Positions 10,105 to 18,618 of a DNA stretch of 57,992 nucleotides are shown in pieces. Positions within the stretch are counted from its first letter, which is position 1. Every line of letters starts with the position of its first letter. The notes beneath the pieces were generated by a model, which was not told the origin of the DNA, did not search any database, and saw only the letters and a program-made list of their open reading frames with translations. Source of the stretch: a virus (lineage: Duplodnaviria > Caudoviricetes). The DNA lies in IMG/VR virus record IMGVR_UViG_3300031754_000006, positions 1 to 57,992 of that record. The stretch is one strand, 5' to 3'. The position numbers and the translations under genes are program-made.

Positions 10105-10406
10105 CTCTTGATCTCCACTGAGACGCGTCCATCTGCATGGCGCTGGATGCTGGGATTCTTACGCCGCCCGCCGATGCTGCCCTTGCCGATCGTCTTGAGC
10201 TTGCGGGGCGTGTTATGCGTGCCGTTGGGCAGCGTCCACTTGTACGAGACGCCTCCCGCAGTCCGAAAGTTCATGGCCGCTGCGCTAGGCTGCCGCTCCA
10301 TGTCTGCGCCGCACCGACAGAGCACCAAGGCGTTGCGCTCGTCCACGCTGCGCACCATCTCCCAAGCGGAGTCACATGCAGGGCATTTGTATTCGTATAG
10401 AGGCAT
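10101..10406 (-). CDS. FmdB-family zinc-ribbon protein
   Basis: MPLYEYKCPACD...CRCG..MER signature. Confidence 0.75.
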   Translation of the reverse strand: MPLYEYKCPACDSAWEMVRSVDERNALVLCRCGADMERQPSAAAMNFRTAGGVSYKWTLPNGTHNTPRKLKTIGKGSIGGRRKNPSIQRHADGRVSVEIKR

Positions 10407-10768
10407 CAGCTCTCATCGCAGAGGCAGTCTTCCTCGCTGACCCAGCCGCTGTAATCGGGCTCAGGAGCCTTAAGCGACATGGCCGCGATGCCTGGACCGT
10501 CCTCAGCCCGCAGGGCCTTCACGAGGGCATTTCCGGGCGCTACAAGGTCCTTATACGTATGGCTCGTCTGGCCCTGGTCCTTGACCCACTGGGCAATGAT
10601 GAGCGCAGCTTCCCGCTCGCGGTCCTTGATCCACTGCTCCTGTGCCTTGGCCAGCGCCTGGCCGCTCACGTCACGGCTATAGTCCTGCGGCGCCTGATGG
10701 GCCACGACGATATGACCAGCCATGAATTGCTCTGCCGCTGTCAGGCTTGGATCGATCTTGAACTTCAT
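10406..10768 (-). CDS. hypothetical protein
   Basis: ATG at 10768 with GGAGG RBS. Confidence 0.55.
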   Translation of the reverse strand: MKFKIDPSLTAAEQFMAGHIVVAHQAPQDYSRDVSGQALAKAQEQWIKDREREAALIIAQWVKDQGQTSHTYKDLVAPGNALVKALRAEDGPGIAAMSLKAPEPDYSGWVSEEDCLCDES

Positions 10769-10803
10769 AGGGTGCCTCCCTCTGCGCGTGTGATAGCCGG
10801 CCA

Positions 10804-12312
10804 TTACAGTTCAATGCCTCCGCCAAAGTCCCAGGCTCCGATACCCCAGGCGTCTGCATCCTTGTCGTGCTTCTTGGTCTGCACCTCTAGCTGCGTGCGT
10901 TCAAACATCTTCCGTGTCTCAGCTCGCGCCCACTCAGGCGTGCCTGCCCTGGGAGGCTGCACAGGGACAATGGACGTCCAGGCCAAGCACTCACGGTAGG
11001 CGTAGAGCACAGCATCCGCGATATCCGAGTGATACTTGTCCGAGACGACACGGCGCTCAGGGGTGCTCTTATCCCGGTCCCATTCAACAAGCATCGCGTC
11101 CCGAGCAAAGCGGCCCGAGCCCTTGGCCATGAGGTGGCTTGTTCTTAGGGCATCGTTCAGCAGCTCTATATGCGTCTGCTTCTCTGCCTTCTGTGCCGCC
11201 TGGACCGGAAGCTTATGACGGGCTGCTAACTCCTCGGCCACCTTCTTGCCCACGCCGCCCGTGTCCATCACCATGGCCCGAATCTTCTTGGGCCCCAGCC
11301 GCTCGTATATCTCACGCACCTTGGAGGCTAGAGACGTGATGTCTTGCTTGGTGGTGACGTATTCCTCAGTCAGCCAAGTGCGCGGGTCTGCATCGTTCCA
11401 AGCGAGCACCGCGATCGCGTCTGCATCGTCAAAGCCCACGTCGATACCGATGCAGTACCACCAGTTTCCGGTTAGCGTGACAGGCAGCGAGGCAAAGTCG
11501 TTTAGGGCCTCGCTGTAACGGAATACCAGGCTGTTGACGTCGTGGATCCAGCGGCCAAAGAATTCCCGCTGAATGCTGGGCTCGTCTACCGCAACGCCCC
11601 TGCGCCTAAGCACGTCACCCAGAACGGCTGTATGTGTCTTGCCGCCGTTCTTGATCGGGATCCAGGGGTTATCAAAGAACGTCCAGCCGTGATGTGACCA
11701 CTCGGGCGATTGGGTGCATTCGTAGAAGTAGCCGATAGGCACAGCGCCCGGGGTGCCGACTAGCCAGACAGCGCCGTCCAGGTCGATAAGGCTGGGCTCT
11801 ATGACTTGGTCTACCAGCTCTTGAAGCAGCTCGGAGAAGTTCTGAGCTTCGTCCACGATAACGATGCCGCACTTATGGCCGCGCCTCTTCTTGGTCTTCC
11901 GCTCGTCACCTGCGCCGTGGAGTATAACTACCGAGCCATTGGGCAAGCGCAGTGTCAGATCGGAATCGTTGGGCTTGCCACCTAGGTTATGAGTCCGATT
12001 CAAGTTCAGGATAGCGGGCCATACGATCTGCTTTGCGTCGGTGCGGTCCAGGGTCAGATACATGGATACGGACTCTGGCTTACGTAGGGCACTATCGACT
12101 AGGGCGAAGGCACAACCCATGGTTTTGCCTGCACGGCGGCTGCAGACGGCAGTTTTGTAGCGGGCGGAGTCTAAGACAAAGGACCGCTGCGGGCCGAACA
12201 GGAGCACGTCAGGATCGAGCGGAGAAGTGCCATCGCATTCGAGTATAGCGCGCTCTTGGGCTAGCTCTTGCTGGAGCTTATCCAGCCTGGCGGCTGTTGC
12301 TGAATAGCTCAC
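10804..12312 (-). CDS. terL: terminase large subunit
   Basis: Walker A CSRRAGKT, Walker B IVDEAQ, GTP motif, RNase H-like IGIDVG..D and HSDIADA. Confidence 0.92.
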   Translation of the reverse strand: MSYSATAARLDKLQQELAQERAILECDGTSPLDPDVLLFGPQRSFVLDSARYKTAVCSRRAGKTMGCAFALVDSALRKPESVSMYLTLDRTDAKQIVWPAILNLNRTHNLGGKPNDSDLTLRLPNGSVVILHGAGDERKTKKRRGHKCGIVIVDEAQNFSELLQELVDQVIEPSLIDLDGAVWLVGTPGAVPIGYFYECTQSPEWSHHGWTFFDNPWIPIKNGGKTHTAVLGDVLRRRGVAVDEPSIQREFFGRWIHDVNSLVFRYSEALNDFASLPVTLTGNWWYCIGIDVGFDDADAIAVLAWNDADPRTWLTEEYVTTKQDITSLASKVREIYERLGPKKIRAMVMDTGGVGKKVAEELAARHKLPVQAAQKAEKQTHIELLNDALRTSHLMAKGSGRFARDAMLVEWDRDKSTPERRVVSDKYHSDIADAVLYAYRECLAWTSIVPVQPPRAGTPEWARAETRKMFERTQLEVQTKKHDKDADAWGIGAWDFGGGIEL

Positions 12313-12614
12313 GCTGGGACGAGGGCCTTATTTGTGCTGGGCGCGGCTACAGGCTGCATCTTCTGCATGCGGAGCTTGGCTAGCTCCTCCTCCATGAATG
12401 CGAGGCGGCGCTCTGTATCCATTTCCTGCATGAGCTGGGAGAGGCAGCGCAGGCCGTATATCCAAACACGGCCACGGTCAGGCTCGATCTTGCCGTGCTC
12501 GACCTTACGGCAAGCGCGGGCTAGGTTACGCTTAACGTCTTCCAGGGTCTGAAGGTTGCCATAGCGCCGTCTGGGCATGACAATCGATGTCTGGGCTGGA
12601 TCGTTAGATGGCAT
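12309..12614 (-). CDS. hypothetical protein, possible terminase small subunit
   Basis: helical 101 aa ORF coupled directly upstream of terL; function from position only. Confidence 0.45.
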   Translation of the reverse strand: MPSNDPAQTSIVMPRRRYGNLQTLEDVKRNLARACRKVEHGKIEPDRGRVWIYGLRCLSQLMQEMDTERRLAFMEEELAKLRMQKMQPVAAPSTNKALVPA

Positions 12615-12646
12615 CTCGGTTTATTGTGATTCGCGCTACAGATTAT

Positions 12647-12877
12647 CTAAAGGCCGCTCCTATATTCCTTGGCTGGCGGGCTACACTGTTGGTTAAGCTC
12701 GATGACCTTATCGCGGGTGCGGGTTTCGTTGCTCTCTGCCTCTGAGAGTTGAGAGCGACATTTGTTTAGCTCGACCTCAGCAAGGGCAAGATTATGGCGG
12801 AGCATGGCAGCGTTGCTCTTGGCTTCCTTCCATAGGGTCACGGCTGCGGCTAGCTCTTCGAATTGCTCGGGGGTCAT
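12647..12877 (-). CDS. small coiled-coil protein
   Basis: ATG at 12877 overlaps upstream stop. Confidence 0.55.
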   Translation of the reverse strand: MTPEQFEELAAAVTLWKEAKSNAAMLRHNLALAEVELNKCRSQLSEAESNETRTRDKVIELNQQCSPPAKEYRSGL

Positions 12878-13146
12878 GCTTTGGCCGTGGGCTTGGAGGG
12901 CGGGGGCTGCGCTTGAGGCTTGGGTGCCTCTTCGATCTCTACATCGCAGCAAGAGATCTTGTGCCAGGGGACTAGAACGATCTTGGGCTTGCTGTATTCT
13001 GAGAAAGTCACCAAGAGGCCGTGGGTGCTGGCTTCGAGGGCGAGGGCATAGGGGAGGGTAGGGTTGGGGACGAGGGTCATGCCCATACGGCCTCCGAGCT
13101 TGTTAATGCCCTCGCTGAATGTAACGGCTGTGATCTTGAGGCTCAT
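12874..13146 (-). CDS. hypothetical protein
   Basis: ATG at 13146, GGAG RBS, ATGA overlap. Confidence 0.55.
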   Translation of the reverse strand: MSLKITAVTFSEGINKLGGRMGMTLVPNPTLPYALALEASTHGLLVTFSEYSKPKIVLVPWHKISCCDVEIEEAPKPQAQPPPSKPTAKA

Positions 13147-13682
13147 TGTGTCTCCATGATCATCCACCCATATGGATCGTGTTGGCTCAGGGGAAATTTC
13201 TCTTCCAACCCGAGCTTAGCGGGGCGCAGAATCACGCCGCCTTGACCGCGCTGAGCTTGGACCGTGAACCACGCCCGGGTTGGGTGCGTGATGGTCACCC
13301 CTGTTAGGTCTAGAGGTAGGCCAGAATGGGCAAGGAGCGCGCGAGCTACTCCCTCCTTGCGAAAGTGAGGCTTGACGTAGCACCAGTGGGCGGCTGGGAT
13401 CTGAGGCTCGAAAACGAAGTAGCCTAGGATCTCGTTTTCGTCGCCGGGCTCATGAGCTACGAGCACGTGGGAGCGGGCGAGCAGGGAGCGGATGATGCGC
13501 TCGTGGCCGCGTTTGTAGATGGGCCAACGGAGGCGGTTAGCCCAGGGGCTCTCTTGCCAGTGAGAGTTGGTCCAGGTTCCTAGAACGAAGTTCAGGTCGC
13601 CTGGGACGGCGGGGCGGATGTGGTGTGGCGCTGAAGGGATATGATGCGGCTCTGAATGGGTACGTGCGGCCTGCGCGGTCAT
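13143..13682 (-). CDS. GNAT-family N-acetyltransferase
   Basis: IRPAVPGDL start and YVKPHFRKEGVARALL acetyl-CoA-binding motif A. Confidence 0.7.
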   Translation of the reverse strand: MTAQAARTHSEPHHIPSAPHHIRPAVPGDLNFVLGTWTNSHWQESPWANRLRWPIYKRGHERIIRSLLARSHVLVAHEPGDENEILGYFVFEPQIPAAHWCYVKPHFRKEGVARALLAHSGLPLDLTGVTITHPTRAWFTVQAQRGQGGVILRPAKLGLEEKFPLSQHDPYGWMIMETQ

Positions 13683-13718
13683 CGTCTCGGTAGCTCCTAC
13701 CTACCGAGGGTTAGGCCC

Positions 13719-14231
13719 TTATCCGCCTCTAGGCATCACGCTGGAGGTCTTGGGCAGGGACGCCATGACACGGGCTGCGTTGATGGCTAGACGTATGCGC
13801 TTGATCGTTGTCGTGAGACGCATGGCTATCTGTTGGTTGGAGAGCCCCTGTGCGTGCAGGTTCAGGATATTGCGGTTCAGGATGGGGAGGCGGTCGAATT
13901 GGGGGGAGCATTGGAAGTGCTCCATGCGGCGGTAATACTCTGCGCGGTAGTCACTCACGCGCATCTGTCCTGGGGCCGGTTCGGGAACCTCGGGGGATAG
14001 CGAGGCGGCAGCCATCTCTAGGGACTTCGCATCCCCGTCGATACATACGGACTCGCCTTGACGGATATGCTTTGTAATGCGACCCCCCTGTATCAGTATC
14101 CGGGCGGGGCTGAAACTGAATCCGGCTATCACCCCGGCTTGACGTAGACTCTCAAGTGTATCAGCTAAGGTGTCTGGGGCAATGGCGCGTTCTAGGGGCT
14201 CTGCTTGGAGGACCATCACGCCGTTGCCCAT
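13719..14231 (-). CDS. protein with C-terminal LuxR/sigma-4-like HTH (possible late regulator)
   Basis: LPILNRNILNLHAQGLSNQQIAMRL; GAGGTG RBS before ATG 14231. Confidence 0.55.
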   Translation of the reverse strand: MGNGVMVLQAEPLERAIAPDTLADTLESLRQAGVIAGFSFSPARILIQGGRITKHIRQGESVCIDGDAKSLEMAAASLSPEVPEPAPGQMRVSDYRAEYYRRMEHFQCSPQFDRLPILNRNILNLHAQGLSNQQIAMRLTTTIKRIRLAINAARVMASLPKTSSVMPRGG

Positions 14232-14252
14232 ATGCACCTCACTCGACACCCT

Positions 14253-14316
14253 GTGACAAAAAGCCCCTGGCCAAGGGCTAGGCTGGTAGCCTAGCACCGT
14301 GGAAGGGGCTTGTCAC
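14253..14316 (-). terminator. nested stem-loop with U-tract, overlapping a sigma70-like promoter
   Basis: Minus strand: AAGCCCCT/AGGGGCTT outer stem, GCTAGGCT/AGCCTAGC inner stem, TTTTT; contains GTGACA-N17-TAGGCT with TGn. Confidence 0.55.
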
Positions 14317-14340
14317 GTGTAACGGGGGTGTGTGAGTGTC

Positions 14341-14793
14341 TTACGCCTGCGCCTGAACGGGCTGCTCGTCGGGCAGGGGCTGGCCGTCCGTGAAGACGGC
14401 ATTGAGCCCGAACCGAGCGACCACCTCAGCCTTATTCGCGCACTTCGTTGCCTCCAGGACAAAATCAGGCACGCGCTTTGCCTCCTGGCTGGCAGTCCAA
14501 ACGCTAACCTTTGCACTCGGACGGCTGCGCTTGCGCGGCGCCTTTGCGGTCGGCTTGGGCTGAGGCGAAAACGGCTTTGCCGTAGCCACGTGACCGTTAC
14601 TCGTGCCGTTGGTACCGTTGCTGGCCGCCTGAGGCGCGGAAGGCACGCCCTTAGTAATCAACTCGTGCAGCTCGGCCCCCAGCTCCTGCCGGAAGCGCTC
14701 CACGATTTCTGCCTGCACTGCCTGCGCCTTGACCACGATCGCCTTGAAATCGGCCACCAGCTCTGCGCGCGTCTTAATCAGCTTGTTCGCCAT
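14341..14793 (-). CDS. basic putative DNA-binding protein
   Basis: ATG 14793 with GGAG RBS; helical N-terminus, Lys/Pro linker, compact C-terminal domain (AKRVPDFVLEAT...KAEVVARFG). Confidence 0.6.
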   Translation of the reverse strand: MANKLIKTRAELVADFKAIVVKAQAVQAEIVERFRQELGAELHELITKGVPSAPQAASNGTNGTSNGHVATAKPFSPQPKPTAKAPRKRSRPSAKVSVWTASQEAKRVPDFVLEATKCANKAEVVARFGLNAVFTDGQPLPDEQPVQAQA

Positions 14794-14859
14794 TCGGGAT
14801 CTCCTTTGTTGGTTGTTAGACCCGAAGGCTATGTATATACCGTCCATTGTATTTGTAAA

Positions 14860-14895
14860 GCCCCTTACACATGTGCAGTACCATATGTAAGGGGC
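14860..14895 (-). terminator. hairpin closing array 2
   Basis: GCCCCTTACA (14860-14869) / TGTAAGGGGC (14886-14895), followed by TTT on minus strand. Confidence 0.65.
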
Positions 14896-15298
14896 GCCTT
14901 GCTTTACTCGCCCTTGCACGTCCGCTCCGGGCCTTGCCTGCCTTGCCCATCCCCGCTTTACCACCCCTGACCTTGCCTGACCTCACCTGACCTTGCCTGC
15001 TGCGTTTAGCCTGTCCCTACCAAGCCAACCCAAGCCGGGCCAAGCCTGCTCTGCTACGCCTGTCCTTGCCCCTCCAGACCTTTCCTTACGCTGCCTGCCT
15101 TGCCTGCACTACCACGCCGATCCATGCCTAGCCGATCCGCGCCTTGCCTGCTCTGCCGTCCCGAGTTTGGCCGTTCCATTCTCGGCTCTGCCTGCATTGC
15201 CAGCCCTGTCCAAGCCTCTCCACTCACAGCCTCGCCTGCTTAGCCCAGCCTATCCGTACCTAACCGATCTCGACTTTGCCTGCCTTGCCCCACTGCTA
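14893..15298 (-). ncRNA. orphan GGN-NN pentamer array (candidate guide-RNA array 2)
   Basis: Delimiters (CCTGC on +) start at 15279, 15235, 15191, 15147, 15103, 15094, 15045, 14996, 14937; spacings 44,44,44,44,9,49,49,59, all 5n+4. Confidence 0.8.
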
Positions 15299-15502
15299 GG
15301 GCTCACGGATCATCTGCATGGTTGTCCACGCTGCCAGTGAGCCTTCTATGTCTTCACGCGTCAGAGCCGGGTAATCCTCTAGGAGGGTTTCTATCGACTC
15401 TCCCTTGCGAAGCCTCCTGGCCACAAACTCCAAATGGATACGGGTCCCCTCAAAGACTGGCTCACCTCCCTGCACCTTCGGATTACATACTATCGCCTTC
15501 AT
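15296..15502 (-). CDS. DUF433-family protein
   Basis: NPKVQGGEPVFEGTRI...GESIETLLEDYPALTREDI. Confidence 0.85.
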   Translation of the reverse strand: MKAIVCNPKVQGGEPVFEGTRIHLEFVARRLRKGESIETLLEDYPALTREDIEGSLAAWTTMQMIREP

Positions 15503-15873
15503 TCGGTGTCTCCCAATTCCTCGATTGTTATCTCAGTGCGAGATGTTCCAGTAAATTTACCTCCTGGCCCATACTGTACGATCCAACGATCGTCTGTCCA
15601 AATAATACCGTTTAAGGCATCTTCCACGATCTTAATTAAGTTACTGAGATCCCCGAAATGTGGATGCCATGTGTCTAAGTCCATCCGATAGAATCTGGCA
15701 GTGAGGCGGAACGGTACGGCTTTGGCTGGCCCTCGGACTCCTGCATTTCTAGCCGCTGCCCTTACCCTGTCCATGAATATAGCAGCGAGGGGGTCTGTAT
15801 AGCTGTGCCTTGGTGCCCGTCGGGCGCGCTTCCATGGAATCGGTACTCCAGGCACAGTAAATGCGATTACCAT
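15499..15873 (-). CDS. rusA: RusA-family Holliday junction resolvase
   Basis: FTVPGVPIP start; DLSNLIKIVEDALNGIIWTDD catalytic motif. Confidence 0.85.
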   Translation of the reverse strand: MVIAFTVPGVPIPWKRARRAPRHSYTDPLAAIFMDRVRAAARNAGVRGPAKAVPFRLTARFYRMDLDTWHPHFGDLSNLIKIVEDALNGIIWTDDRWIVQYGPGGKFTGTSRTEITIEELGDTE

Positions 15874-16034
15874 GCAGAGGACGCCAGAAACAGAGCGGTC
15901 AAGAAGGCGGACAGCACCGACGCCGAGGCATGGACATCATGGTGCGTAAATGGTCCGGTCATGCAACCGATCGCAACCATGGCCAAGAGGAAGAAAAAGG
16001 CAGCGGCTAGAAATGCCCTAGGGTCGAGCATCAT
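15867..16034 (-). CDS. small two-TM membrane protein
   Basis: MMLDPRAFLAAAFFFLLAMVAIG...; below ORF-track cutoff; ATGA overlap. Confidence 0.5.
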   Translation of the reverse strand: MMLDPRAFLAAAFFFLLAMVAIGCMTGPFTHHDVHASASVLSAFLTALFLASSAW

Positions 16035-16276
16035 GGAATAGGCTCCAATGTCTCTGGATCCAGGGCCGGCTTACTGGATGCTTCCTTGATGGCCTCGGCT
16101 GCCCGAGCTTGGCTATCAAAGTCATCCCTGTGTGCCGGGACGGCTGAATGGGATATCGGCTTGCCGTCGGCATTATATGCCGTCTCGTAAAGCGCGTAGG
16201 TCCTAGTAACGAATCCCTCAGCTTTGTCGGCTATCAGATACCACCGGAAATCCCACCGCGTCGCTATCCGCTCCAT
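16031..16276 (-). CDS. hypothetical protein
   Basis: coupled ORF. Confidence 0.55.
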   Translation of the reverse strand: MERIATRWDFRWYLIADKAEGFVTRTYALYETAYNADGKPISHSAVPAHRDDFDSQARAAEAIKEASSKPALDPETLEPIP

Positions 16277-16470
16277 TCGGTTCCTCCTTTACCTCTTCCG
16301 CTTGGTATTATCCGACTACAGTTGGCCTTACATATCCACCATTCCTTACTAAGCCTCCGTGATTCTACCGGACGACCTCCACACTCAGGACAGCGCCCCC
16401 GTAGTACCCTCCAGAGCCTACCAACCCAATTGGTTCCGGGCCCCTTCGGCGAGCTGTTTTTAGCCATCAC
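16264..16470 (-). CDS. small Zn-ribbon protein
   Basis: CPECG...CKANC. Confidence 0.45.
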   Translation of the reverse strand: MMAKNSSPKGPGTNWVGRLWRVLRGRCPECGGRPVESRRLSKEWWICKANCSRIIPSGRGKGGTEWSG

Positions 16471-17408
16471 GCGGTTCCTCCGTTGTAATTCAGCAGCGGC
16501 GCATCACCCAAGATCCTATCACGTGCCATGGTCGCATATTCTGGGTTTAGCTCGATACCTATAAATGAACGGCCATGACGAGCAGCCACCATCCCTACAG
16601 TACCCGTGCCTGCGAAGGGGTCCAATACCATGGAGCCGGGCGCAGATCCTGCTAGGACACAGCGCTCTGCTAAGTCCCAAGGCATGGTAGCGAAGTGGGC
16701 GCCTGCGAATGGCTTAGCCGTTATCGTCCAGACGCTGCGCGCGTTGCGGCTCTCCTTAACCTCTGTGTCGTGCTGAGTGAACCCAAATGCGGTAGCACCA
16801 TAATCCCCCTTAGCTCCATTCTTGGCCGTATCCGGATCCGTTGCATAAACGATCCGGCCTGCATGTAACGATGGCTCCATGATCGCATCCGCGTCATAGA
16901 AGTAGGTTGCTGACTTAGTCAGTAGGAACACATATTCATGGGCCTTAGTTGGGCGGTCGGTGACTGATTCAGGCATCGGATTAGGCTTGTGCCAAATCAC
17001 ATCCGAGCGCAGCCACCATCCATCAGCCTGTAGCGCAAGAGCCACGCGCCAAGGGATACCGATCAAATCCTTTGGTTTGATGCCTTCGCCTTGTTTGGTC
17101 GGCAACCCCACCGCTCTATATGCCGTATCTTGTTTTCCGGCCCCACCACTATTAGCCGCCCCCGCATATGAATCCCCAAGGTTAAGCCAGACCACGCCGT
17201 CGGGGCGCAAGATACGCCGCACCTCACGGAATACTTCTACCATCCTGGCTACGTATTCCCCGGGCGTGGATTCCATTCCGAGCTGATCCGCGTGCCCGTA
17301 ATCCCGTAGCCCCCAGTAGGGCGGGCTCGTCACGCAGCACTGCACGACCTCATCGGGTAGAGTGCGCATCACAGCGAGGCAGTCACCTTCCAGGATTTTC
17401 CAGGTCAC
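16467..17408 (-). CDS. DNA amino-methyltransferase (beta class, SPPY, probably m4C)
   Basis: GDCL, TSPPYW, HFATMP, LDPFAGTGT, IGIELN; GTG start 17408. Confidence 0.92.
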   Translation of the reverse strand: MTWKILEGDCLAVMRTLPDEVVQCCVTSPPYWGLRDYGHADQLGMESTPGEYVARMVEVFREVRRILRPDGVVWLNLGDSYAGAANSGGAGKQDTAYRAVGLPTKQGEGIKPKDLIGIPWRVALALQADGWWLRSDVIWHKPNPMPESVTDRPTKAHEYVFLLTKSATYFYDADAIMEPSLHAGRIVYATDPDTAKNGAKGDYGATAFGFTQHDTEVKESRNARSVWTITAKPFAGAHFATMPWDLAERCVLAGSAPGSMVLDPFAGTGTVGMVAARHGRSFIGIELNPEYATMARDRILGDAPLLNYNGGTA

Positions 17409-17490
17409 GACACCCCTTCTGGAATCGCTCCTAGCGAACGGAAAGGGGTCGCCCTTGCGTTTTCTCCCCTCGGCTGTCCCGGAGTGGCGG

Positions 17491-17658
17491 CTACCACAGC
17501 CACCCCCCTTTTTCACGGGTCTGCACGACCCGACCGAGCACGCCGTAATCGGGGGGCCTTTTCGGGGGCAGCAGTTCCCGGATACGGGCCCGCAGCTTCC
17601 ACGCGGCCAAGCCGGCAGGGAATAGGAATAGCCCGGCAAAGAGCAGGGCCAGGGTCAC
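17491..17658 (-). CDS. small membrane-anchored protein
   Basis: hydrophobic N-terminus; GTGA overlap. Confidence 0.4.
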   Translation of the reverse strand: MTLALLFAGLFLFPAGLAAWKLRARIRELLPPKRPPDYGVLGRVVQTREKGGWLW

Positions 17659-17840
17659 AGCGCTGCGTAAGCCAGTACCGCGCATATCTCATCCGCCTCC
17701 GCTTGGCGTCGCTGCATATACATGGCTTCCGATTCGTATGCACGCCTTGTGCACAACTCCAAGGCGTTTTCCATGGCCTCCGCGCGCCCCCCTCCCCCAA
17801 GCCGGCGGATCTTCCAGGCCAGCGCTTCTTTAGCCTGCAT
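17655..17840 (-). CDS. hypothetical protein
   Basis: AGGAG RBS. Confidence 0.5.
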   Translation of the reverse strand: MQAKEALAWKIRRLGGGGRAEAMENALELCTRRAYESEAMYMQRRQAEADEICAVLAYAAL

Positions 17841-17850
17841 ACGTTTCTCC

Positions 17851-18126
17851 TTAAGGCTTTAGCTTAGACGTAAGAATCTCCTTCCACTTCTTATAGAATA
17901 CCCTCTCTGCTGCATCTTCTTCTCCTCTTCTCCACATGCTGTCTTCACTGTTTACGAAGGCATCTCGAATAGTCCTTCTTTCCCGGTGGTAGGTTATCCG
18001 TTCTTCTGGGCTCATGACGTTAATCAGTGGGCCCCACTTGAACCTTTCTTCTTCGTTAAGGCCGTTCCACCAGCTCTTTTGCTCTTCAGGGGTAATCGGG
18101 GGAGCCTCTTTTTTTTCTCTTGACAT
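17851..18126 (-). CDS. hypothetical protein
   Basis: AAGGA RBS; charged helical protein. Confidence 0.55.
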   Translation of the reverse strand: MSREKKEAPPITPEEQKSWWNGLNEEERFKWGPLINVMSPEERITYHRERRTIRDAFVNSEDSMWRRGEEDAAERVFYKKWKEILTSKLKP

Positions 18127-18381
18127 ATGGTTCCTTCAGTTGTCTTCTTCTGGTGCGCTCTCACGCGGCTGCACGGGATCCAAGACCGGTCTCCGACAAT
18201 TTTCTTAGAAACCTTTTCCGGCCTCCGTAGGCGATCGGTGCTCAGGGCCTAGACGGAAAACAAGAACGGGTAATCGGAAATCGGATCTGTTCCGAAGTCC
18301 CAGTCTTTGGGGCGGGGGTCGGTGTTATACAGGGGTTCGCCGATCACTGTTTCGTCTCTCGGATCTTTTTGGAGAAGTGTA

Positions 18382-18564
18382 TCAACCGTCCTCATACTCT
18401 GAGTCCGTGTGGTGATACTCAGGGTCCGTGTAGGGTGCGGGTGGTGCATTTGGGGGAGGGCCCGGTAGGGGCATAGGTCGGGCCAGCTCCTTTGCGCGCG
18501 TTACGATCTTTTTCAGTTTGAGCCTGTAAACTGTGATCTTGGCTTGGATCTGTTCTTCTGTCAT
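18382..18564 (-). CDS. hypothetical protein
   Basis: ATG 18564 immediately after tandem palindromes. Confidence 0.45.
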   Translation of the reverse strand: MTEEQIQAKITVYRLKLKKIVTRAKELARPMPLPGPPPNAPPAPYTDPEYHHTDSEYEDG

Positions 18565-18568
18565 GGGG

Positions 18569-18605
18569 TATGCAAACTTTGCATAGTTGTGCAAACTTTG
18601 CACAA
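18569..18605. promoter_or_regulatory. tandem palindromic operator-like sites
   Basis: TATGCAAA-C-TTTGCATA (18569-18585) and TTGTGCAAA-C-TTTGCACAA (18587-18605). Confidence 0.6.
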
Positions 18606-18618
18606 TCGCTAGGTGCGG

